Shown here: positions 1-9,325 of the stretch, one piece after another
Layout of the letters: each line of letters opens with the position of its first letter
Position numbering within the stretch: the stretch's first letter is position 1
Source: Hydrurus foetidus
Lineage: Eukaryota
Assembly: GCA_900617105.1 (NCBI GenBank)
Contig: UYFQ01000611.1
Location: 62,001-82,480 of the forward strand
Length of the DNA: 20,480 nt
Direction: 5' to 3'
The notes under the pieces: generated by a model
Databases searched by the model: none
Told to the model about the DNA's origin: nothing
What the model saw: only the letters and a program-made list of their open reading frames with translations
Program-made: the position numbers and the translations under genes

Positions 1-189
1 AACAGCACGAAGAGGAGACTCGATGTGTGGGGCACTGCTTGGTTTAGAGACGTATTCGGAGGGAGGAGAGGTGGGTATAGGGGGGCGAAGTACAGTCCAC
101 TGAGTAGCAATGAGAACGGATATTTGGAAGAGGGCATGTCAGAGACGGGTCTGATGATACCGCAAGACAGGGACAGAGAGAGGGAGTGA
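1..189 (+). CDS. 3' end of an upstream protein-coding gene (partial, unknown product)
   Basis: Frame +1 is open from base 1 to TGA at 187-189 (NSTKRRLDVWGTAWFRDVFGG...PQDRDRERE*), followed by AT-richer UTR-like sequence. No family recognised. Confidence 0.4.
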   Translation, partial: NSTKRRLDVWGTAWFRDVFGGRRGGYRGAKYSPLSSNENGYLEEGMSETGLMIPQDRDRERE

Positions 190-916
190 GGAAGGGAGTG
201 GGGCGATACTTTTCAATTCTCAACCAGTCAACAGCCCATTTAATTCAAATTACAATCCATCTCATTTGGGCAGTACGCTTGCTCTTTACCTCTTCCGTCC
301 ACGCTATCGATCGTCTCAGTGACTGCTTTCTAATAGTGCAAAACATGACAGAAATCTATTTTGGTCGACGTTTCACCCATCACCTCTAGTCTCATATTCT
401 CTCGTCCATCTACTCTTTATCTGGATCGTTGCACATTTATTGTTCTGTCGCGTGTTTTTAGTATTTACCATCTCGTCAGTTTTCTTTCAAGTGATAGTCA
501 TTTATTGCGAGAAATTGATTTCTGTCGATCTTCATAGCTGCGTGGTAGACTGCCCAGCAACTGGTTATTCGTTACATGTTCCTCACTGCTCTCCTCTCTT
601 GTGTCGTCCTCATAGCCAATATGCCTATGTAGTGAAGACAGCTAGAATGCCACGTGAACGGTGTTCGATTATTTGACAACCTCTGTGTGTGATGATTCGT
701 TCAATTCAGTGGTGCTCACCTGTACATTCCTGGCTATTCCGTGACGTGACCTCTGATAAAGATGGCTTCCTACTTCCTATACGCATTTTCCCTAATTCAT
801 CTATTGAAGTACTATTCACAATACCAAAGTACTTGCTCTTGGTGTAAATGAACGGATCATAGGCCGCATTTATGAAATATTCATATATTGGTATGGACCG
901 TGTGATGTTGCCACTC

Positions 917-1113
917 ATTATTGGATGCCTGCCAAGGCAGGATAGGTTCTCTGGAACGAACAGTCCAGGAGCCAAAAATATCAGCGTTAATAACGGTCGT
1001 GTGAATAACCTCGATCTTTTCAAGTGTGTCACACATTGTTTAAGCATCACGGTGGATGTCAATGTCATAAATTTACTCTATCTAAATTTACGTTCTACTG
1101 TTTCAAGTCACCC
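917..1113 (+). repeat. Split direct repeat A1 (197 bp)
   Basis: ATTATTGGATGCCTGCC...TTTCAAGTCACCC is identical by eye to 7101-7297. Confidence 0.97.
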
Positions 1114-1129
1114 GAGTTTTTAAGTAACA

Positions 1130-2767
1130 ATGTCAAGCAACAGTTCAGCAAGCGCTTCTTGCGCATCAGCTTTTGGAGTAGCACTTTTTCCTCATTATGA
1201 GATTCTTCCAGATGCTCTAATCAAGGGTTTGGAGATTGCGGCAAACTCAAGTATGCTATCAACAGACACTGCCGGTGACATGTTCAATTGCACCCGAGCA
1301 AACAAAGTCCCGCTCAGTGAGATTCAGCCAGATGCAGTGATAATGATTCCACTCTTCGTACCTGAAGATCCCATTGTTATGGACTCCTCAGCTCTTGCTG
1401 TGAGTCCAATGATGTACGTACAATTGGCCGGTCAACCGCAGCCGAGAGCAATCTTCGGCAACTGCATCGCTTACTCTGTAGATGTCGTACACCGAGAGGT
1501 CGAGATCGGGGCAGGAATTTACTTTCCACCTCCACCACACCTCTTGGTTGTAAAACCCTCCATTATCAGCCAAATAAGTATCACTGCGCCGGCAAAGAAT
1601 GACTATGCCGAGACAGACGAGATGCAGCAGTCAAAACGTCTTTGTGTTCGGTCGCTGGAAAATAGGGGTGAGCAGGCCGACGAGAGCCGTGATTCATCCG
1701 TCGAGAAAGGTATGTCAAAATACATACTTGATCTTGATGGAGGCAAGCATGCGACTCGTAATAAGTCAGACATCGCCCAAAGGGAGAAGGACTTGGGGTT
1801 TGCATTTAGAGCAGTCGATAGGGAGCGGTGGGAATACTTAGCCGGCACAGACTTTCTGCTACAATCTGCCGACTATCGGATAACGATCATACAGCAAGGT
1901 CGCATGCGTGCTGACCATAGGCACAAAGCATTCCTCTCATGTGGTGTCCTCGACAGAGTTCAGGGTCTGAGCGTTACTCAGAAGACTAGCGACACGAAAC
2001 TCTTGATAATGGGTCAAATTCTGGTCGAAGGCGACGAGCCGTCGCTTTCACTGGAAGACTTTCTTGACGCAGCCGATAAGCTAGCTCTATCAACATGCAG
2101 CTCTGTTTGTCCCGATCAGAATCGCCCCATGGTTGCAGTCTTAAAAAACTTGCAAGTGGCGTTGGAGGTATTTCTATCTGGAAAGTACGAAGGTGTTTTC
2201 AACGGCTTCATTGTTGCTTTGGAGGGAGTACATCGTCCCTTGGAGCTTGTTGCGGCTGACTTCTTAAAATATTCTGTTGAGGAAGTACTGCGAAAGTTCT
2301 TTCGCGCAGTGAGTTCAGAAAGGGTCTCAACGACTGTAGAGGAAGCACCCATCACAAATCCAGTAGAGTGCGCTGCATTCCTTAAATCTCTGTTCGTGAA
2401 ACTAGCCGATGATTTGTCTGATCACCGTCATCGTGCCGTAGAGGAAGAATACTTCAGAATGCGAATTATTCGGGAAGCGAGAATCTTTGAACGAAATGTT
2501 TCATGCGAGAAATCGAAAGTTAAAAGCGGGTCTCCCGCAGCAAAAAAGAGTGATGTCCCTTTGCGACCTTGCGCAGGACATCTAGGGAAACAGTTGAAAG
2601 CCCTTTATCCTGATGGACGTCCATACAAATGCGTTTATGGAAAGGCGTGCAAATTTCGGCACGATGGGAAAGCAGGAAAGACAAATGAGCAATTGATGCA
2701 AATCATCGCTCAATTACCGCTAACGGCGCAGGAGGACCTGCACAAAGTAATAAAGAAGACAGCTTGA
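1130..2767 (+). CDS. Gag-like ORF1 of the YR retrotransposon with C-terminal CCCH zinc finger
   Basis: 545-aa ORF starting 16 nt after A1. C-terminal motif CAGHLG...CVYGKACKFRH is C-x19-C-x5-C-x3-H. First-ORF position in the element. Confidence 0.8.
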   Translation: MSSNSSASASCASAFGVALFPHYEILPDALIKGLEIAANSSMLSTDTAGDMFNCTRANKVPLSEIQPDAVIMIPLFVPEDPIVMDSSALAVSPMMYVQLAGQPQPRAIFGNCIAYSVDVVHREVEIGAGIYFPPPPHLLVVKPSIISQISITAPAKNDYAETDEMQQSKRLCVRSLENRGEQADESRDSSVEKGMSKYILDLDGGKHATRNKSDIAQREKDLGFAFRAVDRERWEYLAGTDFLLQSADYRITIIQQGRMRADHRHKAFLSCGVLDRVQGLSVTQKTSDTKLLIMGQILVEGDEPSLSLEDFLDAADKLALSTCSSVCPDQNRPMVAVLKNLQVALEVFLSGKYEGVFNGFIVALEGVHRPLELVAADFLKYSVEEVLRKFFRAVSSERVSTTVEEAPITNPVECAAFLKSLFVKLADDLSDHRHRAVEEEYFRMRIIREARIFERNVSCEKSKVKSGSPAAKKSDVPLRPCAGHLGKQLKALYPDGRPYKCVYGKACKFRHDGKAGKTNEQLMQIIAQLPLTAQEDLHKVIKKTA

Positions 2768-2813
2768 CTACAATCGAAAGCTGATAGCGCAGTGGCGTTC
2801 CAACAATCACCCG

Positions 2814-3266
2814 GTAAGTTGAATATCAAATCGTTTGTTACCTTCGGTTGACCAATGTGTCGATGACTTGATCTGTGCTGAGTTCTGTCTATGCCGACTA
2901 CTCTGCTACGAACTTGTCGTTTGAGAGTATGTCCTGATGACATCGAGTCTGTCATCAGTATACTCTCTCCCGAAGAAGGTTTAGACATTGTCTTGGTTGC
3001 ATCGTGTCTACTGTACAATGATAGTAGAAATAGCCATTGTCACTGCAAAGCAGTGATCCTACCGTCCATGTGATGGTAGGAGCTCTCGATGCATCGGTTT
3101 AATGTTGCAACTACCACTGTGGCCGTCAATGGTGCGTACTTCACAGCGGTAGTTGTAACCCGGTGGTTTGCTTCGTCTCATCATAATGATGACGTCGCGC
3201 CGGATGGGGTCGCGGTAGACACCAAATCACGGTGACTAATTATACTCCTATGAATTCACAACACAG
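2814..3266 (+). other. Predicted 453-nt spliceosomal intron between gag and RT
   Basis: Donor CCG|GTAAGT at 2813/2814, branch-like TGACTAAT at 3233-3240, acceptor ACACAG| at 3266 (alternative TAG at 3269). Removal joins the gag frame to the RT frame in phase. Confidence 0.65.
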
Positions 3267-5545
3267 TAGGATATCATCGAGTACACACGCCGTCGTGCAT
3301 ACCACTAAAGACCCCATCAATTGTAGCAAAAATTGAACCTCGACCTACAATACCTGTAATCAAAGAAATCCGGAATGAGAAACAGATCCTTCCATCATAT
3401 CCTTCTCCAATTGACACCATCACTCTCTCGACACTGGACTGTACTGTCCCGCCACTTATTGGATGGGCAAATGCCATTTTCACTGCAATTGAAAGCACAT
3501 CGTCAAGCACGATATCCGCACTACTACACGAAGCGTCCGAAGCATCAAAAAATGATTTCGATGAAGAGTCAGCAAGAATATGGGCTGACGGGTACGAGTT
3601 TCCCTCTGAATACTTACGCTCAGACGCTGGGTGTCTTCAAGCTGCACAGCTAGACTTCGTGTCAATGGTCCGCCGTCGTTTACAGACACTGTCTCCAAAC
3701 CGACTCAATCATCACCGAGTTTCAAAATTAAGAAAAGACAACCCAGAAATACGGCTGCTGAGTGAGTTGGTCGATGGCATGTGGGTTCCGAAACCAATCG
3801 GTTTCCGACCGAATGGACTCGATCTGCCTACACCTCTCAGGGCGACATACTTAGCAGTAGCGCCGGCGGTGAATAAAATGCTTGGAGAGATCGTGGAGCA
3901 GAAGTTAGCGTTTTTGATTGGATACGACTTGGCTAAACAGCACGTTCCCAACCTACATCTGTGCAAGGCGCACTGGACAAAGAAAAAGGGCAAGGCGTCC
4001 GGACGGCCTCTGGGCGACCTGACCTTCGTAGATGGGACGCCCCTCAACACACCAGAAATGTCAACGGCTGCTGCAGAACACTACGGTGCTATTCTACACC
4101 CAACTATAGAAGCAATATCAATGATGATATGTGAATTCTGGTCCAAGACTATAAGGACTGACCCTGCAATTGAATGGGGTCGCATGAGATTATGGAAAAT
4201 GGATCTGAAGGGAGCCTACACGTTGCTATCTTTCCGTCCGGAGGACGTCGGGTTATTCGGAATGTTGCTGACCGGCAACATGGTGTACTTTCAAATAGCA
4301 GGAATATTCGGCTGGGCCGGCACCCCTGCGGCTTTTCAGGTCGTAACAAGAGCTATCCAATGGGAACTACAGCACTGCTTACGTAGCTCTACGATCATGT
4401 ATGTCGATGACATCATCGGCGTGTGCTTAGACACCGACATCACCAGCGATCTCAATCTCACACGGAAGGTATGCACCAGCCTTCTAGGCCCAACCGCCGT
4501 TGCCGATGACAAGACAGAGATAGGCCGGCGCATCGACGTTATTGGTTACGTCATTGACTTAGATAGCCAGAGGGTATCCATTGCAAGAAAGAATTTCTTG
4601 AACGCTCTGCATGGATTCGCAAGTGTTGACCTCACAAAAAATATGACCTTACGGATGGCACAAAGGTTAGCGTCATGGTCGAGTCGTTACGGCAAGATAT
4701 GCCGGGTCATGCGCCCGTTCTGTGGAGCTTTAAATCGGCTAATAGCGGGAAGAACAGAAGTTCACGCATCATTCTCTTTGTCATCTGAAGCCAAGATCAC
4801 TATCAAAACATGGCAAGCAATGTTATGTCTAGTTCACTATCAAGAATCACGGTTCACAAGGACGCTTGAATCCTTCTATACCGCGACGCCAATCACGGTA
4901 GCTGAATTTGATGCATCCCTGATTGGTGCAGGAGTAATCTGGTACAAGAGAAATAACAACGCAGAGGAAGTTGTGGGAGTCTGCGCGGTGGAGTTCTCGT
5001 TTCTAAAGTTTGGCGTCGACTCATCATTTCAAAATTTATCGGAGTTCATCGGGGCAATAGTATCAGTGATAGGACACGTGGCCATGGGGAATCGTGGACG
5101 CACGCTAGCCCTTCGTGGGGATAGTATCACAGCGTTGACTTGGGCGATCACGGAACGGCCCAGGGGATCCATAGTGACCAAGGCAGCCATGATCTGGATA
5201 CTGCTATGTGTAGCTGCGGACATCGATATCAGGGAAGTGACGCACATACCGGGAAAGGATAACGACAAATGCGATCAATTATCAAGAAGGGGACTGTCTC
5301 CTCATAACTCAGTCCATGAGCATGCTGAAGCACTGGGTATAGGCGGGGCGCAAGTCCTACAAATGCAAGATAATCTTCATGTTATGACGTTGCTGAGGCT
5401 TTGCGATCCAGCAACTGGAATCGATACTGATGAGGAATTCACCACCTTCTGGACGACTGCCCGCTCCCATATCGACGCTCTACTGGCTGGACACCCTCTC
5501 CCTTTCCCAGCCCTACCGAACACATTCATCCCTACACCTCATTAG
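3267..5545 (+). CDS. Reverse transcriptase-RNase H (pol) of the YR retrotransposon
   Basis: RT motifs KMDLKGAY, FGWAGTPAAF, YVDD (4400-4411). RNase H motifs FDAS, NLSEF, GDS, HIPGKDNDKCDQLSR. Frame +2 is open from 3254, about 135 codons upstream of the ORF-track GTG at 3659, with no start codon there. Confidence 0.93.
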
Positions 5546-5603
5546 CCGCGTATCCAGCCCAATAGACTCCTCCATCAAATCCTCGATCTTTTTACGGTTT
5601 CAG

Positions 5604-6805
5604 ATACCAAGAGTCGGCTCACGGTCAAGAATCGGACGGACCTAGCTGAGTTTATTGGGCGGTCTGTATTACCTAGTACTCTGCGGACCTATGACGGTCA
5701 CTGGCGAATGTGGAAAGATTTTCTCCGGACAGAAACGTCAGTGAGGGATCCGCTCCTGAGGGGTTACTTAGAAGATGACAAATCGTCATTGATTAGCTTG
5801 TTCCTCCGTCAGCGACATGAGGAAGGCTTTCGAGCAAAGGGAGCCACTGCAGTGACGGCTGGTGTTCGAATGCAGTTCGCGCAAGCCCTGCAGTCTACTG
5901 CCTTTCTGAATTCTTCGGTGGTCGCCACCGCACGACAGTCCTGCCGACTTACGCCCGATGAGCTTCGCGTCAGAAGAGATTCAGGGGCAGCCAACACTGT
6001 CAAGCTGCCAGCTTGTGAAGGCATGCTAGCTCACATGAGAGGCCGATTGTGGGATGGCCAGTTATGGAGCAGTAAGGGTCTCAAAGACCGAATGGTATAC
6101 ATCGCTTGCATGTTCGCGTACGACATGAGTGCAAGGATATCCGAGTACACTATCCCAGAACCTCGCGCGGTCGATCACTGTGCGAGGGTTAACGACCTGA
6201 CCTTTTACTCACAGACTCCGGATGGAGTCATCGGCAGTTCTGGTAGCACTTTGGCAAGAGAATTGATTGGCGTCAGTGATGATCACCTATTCGTGAAGAG
6301 AGTTTTAGAATGCCGGGTCCAAACTGCAAGTTCCAAAGGGAAGGAAGTTATTAAGCCAAAGCTCATCGGTCGCAGGTCAATAGCAGAGTCGCAACTGCTG
6401 AATGATCTCGTACTGTGGATCGTCAGGAGTGGAGCCTGTGGAACCGACGAACTGTTTAGTATACGAGAAGCCTCCAGACAAAAGACATCCCTTAGAGGAA
6501 GGACGGTGCGAGACGAAATCAAGATCACCTGCAGAGCCCTGAATCTGCCTCCGAACTATTTCAGCTCACACTCCCTGCGCAAAGGAGGCATAACCCACAT
6601 GAGGGCATCAGGTGCGACAGAAGATGACCGCCGTGACCGAGGCAACTATGCCCCAGGATCACAGGTAATGAATTTAACATACGACTATGCGACTGGTATG
6701 GGACCCCTAGCAGCTAACAGTATCCTTGGTGGATATCAACCAACGATATCTGATGTGCGACGGCTTCTGCCTATCGAACGTGACACTACTTCGCGGGATG
6801 CATAA
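5604..6805 (+). CDS. Tyrosine recombinase of the YR retrotransposon (first ATG at 5708)
   Basis: Catalytic-type motifs ARISEY (R), HSLR (6569-6580) and a C-terminal Tyr in LTYDY. The N-terminal STLRTYDGHW..W..F helix lies upstream of ATG 5708. The frame is open from 5546, directly after the pol TAG. Confidence 0.92.
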
Positions 6806-6822
6806 TGCCCTTGGGAAGTATG

Positions 6823-7100
6823 GGTGAAGGGCATCGTCATTTCAGGCTTGCTGGTACCCGGCCCGAGTCGAATTCAATGATGAACAGACCTCGAGGGGGG
6901 GGGGGCAAGCTGAAATATCCTGGCACGCAAGCGAAGCCATTTGTAAGCTAACATTACTGTCGCTTTGCTTCAGCAACTGACATGGTCTCCTGTATACTAT
7001 CGCGTCCCTCTGGGGGATATTAAAGGAAGGGGGGGAATGTCTCTCGATACCCGAGGATGGAGCCACCGACATAGCAACGCATGTCTCGGAGAGGAATAGA
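6823..7100 (+). repeat. Split direct repeat B1 (278 bp)
   Basis: GGTGAAGGGCATCG...GGAGAGGAATAGA is repeated at 7363-7637 with about 4 substitutions and a 3-nt length difference at a G-run. Confidence 0.96.
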
Positions 7101-7297
7101 ATTATTGGATGCCTGCCAAGGCAGGATAGGTTCTCTGGAACGAACAGTCCAGGAGCCAAAAATATCAGCGTTAATAACGGTCGTGTGAATAACCTCGATC
7201 TTTTCAAGTGTGTCACACATTGTTTAAGCATCACGGTGGATGTCAATGTCATAAATTTACTCTATCTAAATTTACGTTCTACTGTTTCAAGTCACCC
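7101..7297 (+). repeat. Split direct repeat A2 (197 bp)
   Basis: Identical to 917-1113 and abuts B1 directly. Confidence 0.97.
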
Positions 7298-7362
7298 CGT
7301 AGCCAGCCATATCCTATCAAGTTGTTTTTATGTTTTGTTATCTGACCACTTGCGTGTCAGAC

Positions 7363-7637
7363 GGTGAAGGGCATCGTCATTTCAGGCTTGCTGGTACCCG
7401 GCCCGAGTCGAATTCAATGATGAACAGAACTCGGGGGGGGGGCAAGCTGAAATATCCTGGCACGCAAGCGAAGCCATTTGTAAGCTAACATTACTGTCGC
7501 TTTGCTTCAGCAACTGACATGGTCTCGTGTATACTATCGCGTCCCTCTGGGGGATATTAAAGGGCGGGGGGGAATGTCTCTCGATACCCGAGGATGGAGC
7601 CACCGACATAGCAACGCATGTCTCGGAGAGGAATAGA
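7363..7637 (+). repeat. Split direct repeat B2 (275 bp), right terminus of the element
   Basis: Near-identical copy of 6823-7100. Confidence 0.96.
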
Positions 7638-7860
7638 ACCCATAATCACAAATATTCTGCTCTTTCGGATTCTCATTTCGGTAGGAATCGTGAATACGAG
7701 AATTCTGATTCGGTTCTGGTTCTGGTTCTGATTCCCACGACGCGACTCCTTCAATTCTTAGTCATCTCATCTCTCATCTCCTATCGGCCATAAGACAATA
7801 TAAGTACAGACCTGTCCAAATCTCTGCGAATCCAAGGAACAATCAGAGGTGGTGACAACT

Positions 7861-8544
7861 ATGATGCGATCTGTTTTCCGCTTTCCGGTGAAAAAAATTG
7901 CGTACAACAGCTTCAGAGCTGTAAGTTACAAACCAGTACCTTCTCTTGTCGACGACAGCTCACTGCCGACGCCATGGGCAACAATCCTGGACCGTACAGC
8001 AGAGATATTTTTCATGACCGAAATCTTCAGAGGAATTTGGCTAACTTGCGAAACTGCCATGAAGCCCAAAGTGACAATTAATTATCCTTTCGAGAAAGGA
8101 CCACTCAGCCCCAGATTCAGAGGAGAGCACGTCCTACGTCGTTATCCTAGTGGCGAAGAGAGATGCATCGCGTGCAGACTTTGTGAAGCTATTTGTCCCG
8201 CACAGGTAACAAGTTTTCTCCAGCACCTGTCATGAGTAAATTTCTGTTGGCACTGACACGTCGTACACGACAACACCCACTAGGCCATTACCATCGACTC
8301 GGAGATGCGCGAGGACGGCAGTAGAAAGACCACCAGATACGATATCGACATGACTAAATGCATCTACTGCGGCTATTGCCAGGAGGCGTGCCCTGTCGAT
8401 GCGATTGTCGAGGGACCCAACTTTGAGTTTTCAACGGAGACTCACGAGGAGTTGCTGTACGACAAAGAGAAGCTCCTCTCAAATGGAGACAAGTGGGAAG
8501 TCGCAGTTGCCAGAAATCTCGCTGCCAACCACATGTACCGCTAA
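7861..8544 (+). CDS. NDUFS8: NADH:ubiquinone oxidoreductase Fe-S subunit 8 (TYKY/NuoI), nuclear-encoded mitochondrial; exons 7861-8205 and 8284-8544, 201 aa
   Basis: [40 protein letters not shown] and [31 protein letters not shown] give two 4Fe-4S motifs. 78-nt intron 8206-8283 (CAG|GTAACA...CTGAC...CACTAG|). The R/S-rich N-terminus resembles a mitochondrial presequence. Confidence 0.97.
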
Positions 8545-9295
8545 AGTTCTTTACCTTGTAATATTAACTGTACATAATGCGGGTGTAAAATGACTTAAAG
8601 GCCACACCAGTATATTTGAGAATAGGAATAAGCAATTTTTCGAGGAGCAGCCTGACTTATTCCGCCTTTTATTTTAGTAAGATCTATCAATTGAATGACC
8701 CTCTGGGCCGCTAAGATTTTTCTTTTCAGCCAGCGATAACAAACTATGATCTAGACAAGTTTGATAATCTCATAGCAAACGTCTTTCCTTAGGGTCGCCT
8801 CTATCGAGCAGATTATGAAGACATGACGATTGTTGAAGAGAGCTTTTCAATCGACGGTAAATTTAGTAGATAAAGGGTAAGCTCGAGTTTCGCGAGACGC
8901 GATCTCCCATCTTCTTTTCAACGCCACATGAAACACGGCAGTGACACCAATTTGAGAAACTTCTGTCATGCGAACTCCATGCAGCAGCAGCGACACTACA
9001 CAGAACTGTGGATCTAACAACTGAAGTCCACCTTGGCACTCAGCAATCTTGAGAAACAGAGTTCCTGGAGAATCCACTTACACAGGGGTCACAGCAGAAC
9101 ACCGTCATTAAGGCAGCGAGAATCCGAACCCGCGATAAAACCTTAAGCCTGCTGCTGCCCTGAAGTATAGAAGGCACGGGTAGGTCACGGGGCTGATCAA
9201 GCTGATGGTTCCCGTCTAGAAGACTCCCGTTGGGTTTAGTACTTGATTGGACTGTGTGATACTGCATACAGTGAACTTGAGTGCGATGATATCCG

Positions 9296-9325
9296 ATATG
9301 CAGTAACGCCATATGCAGTAACGCC
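9296..9325. repeat. Perfect tandem duplication 2 x 15 bp (ATATGCAGTAACGCC)
   Basis: Seen directly at 9296-9310 and 9311-9325. Confidence 0.9.

Larger units (their letters stand above)
917..7638 (+). mobile_element. Tyrosine-recombinase (DIRS-order) retrotransposon, Ngaro/PAT-like with split direct repeats
   Basis: Order is A1(917-1113), gag, RT/RNaseH, YR, B1(6823-7100), A2(7101-7297), 65-bp spacer, B2(7363-7637). No DDE integrase, protease or dam-like methylase is seen. There is no TSD; one shared A lies at each boundary. Confidence 0.93.

Noticed and set aside
706..1123. ORFs 706-1068(-) and 872-1123(+), and their partners 6842-7252(-), 7185-7367(+), 7382-7609(-)
   Set aside because: Their shared peptide sequence comes only from the A/B terminal repeats, and they cross element or repeat boundaries.
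2934..2960. CTGATGA as a hammerhead ribozyme core
   Set aside because: No stem II followed by GAAA, and the motif is fully paired with TGTCATCAG.
2891..3073. 60-aa ORF in frame +2 between gag and pol
   Set aside because: It is bounded by stops, has no recognisable domain, and lies within the hairpin-rich predicted intron.
3659..6805. Bacterial retron, DGR or phage integrase interpretation of RT plus tyrosine recombinase
   Set aside because: RNase H, gag, split direct repeats and the intron-containing eukaryotic neighbours all fit a DIRS-order retrotransposon. The B1/B2 differences are non-coding and not a DGR TR/VR pattern.
7704..7734. Short (GGTTCT)n-like repeat upstream of NDUFS8
   Set aside because: About three perfect units; an ordinary microsatellite.
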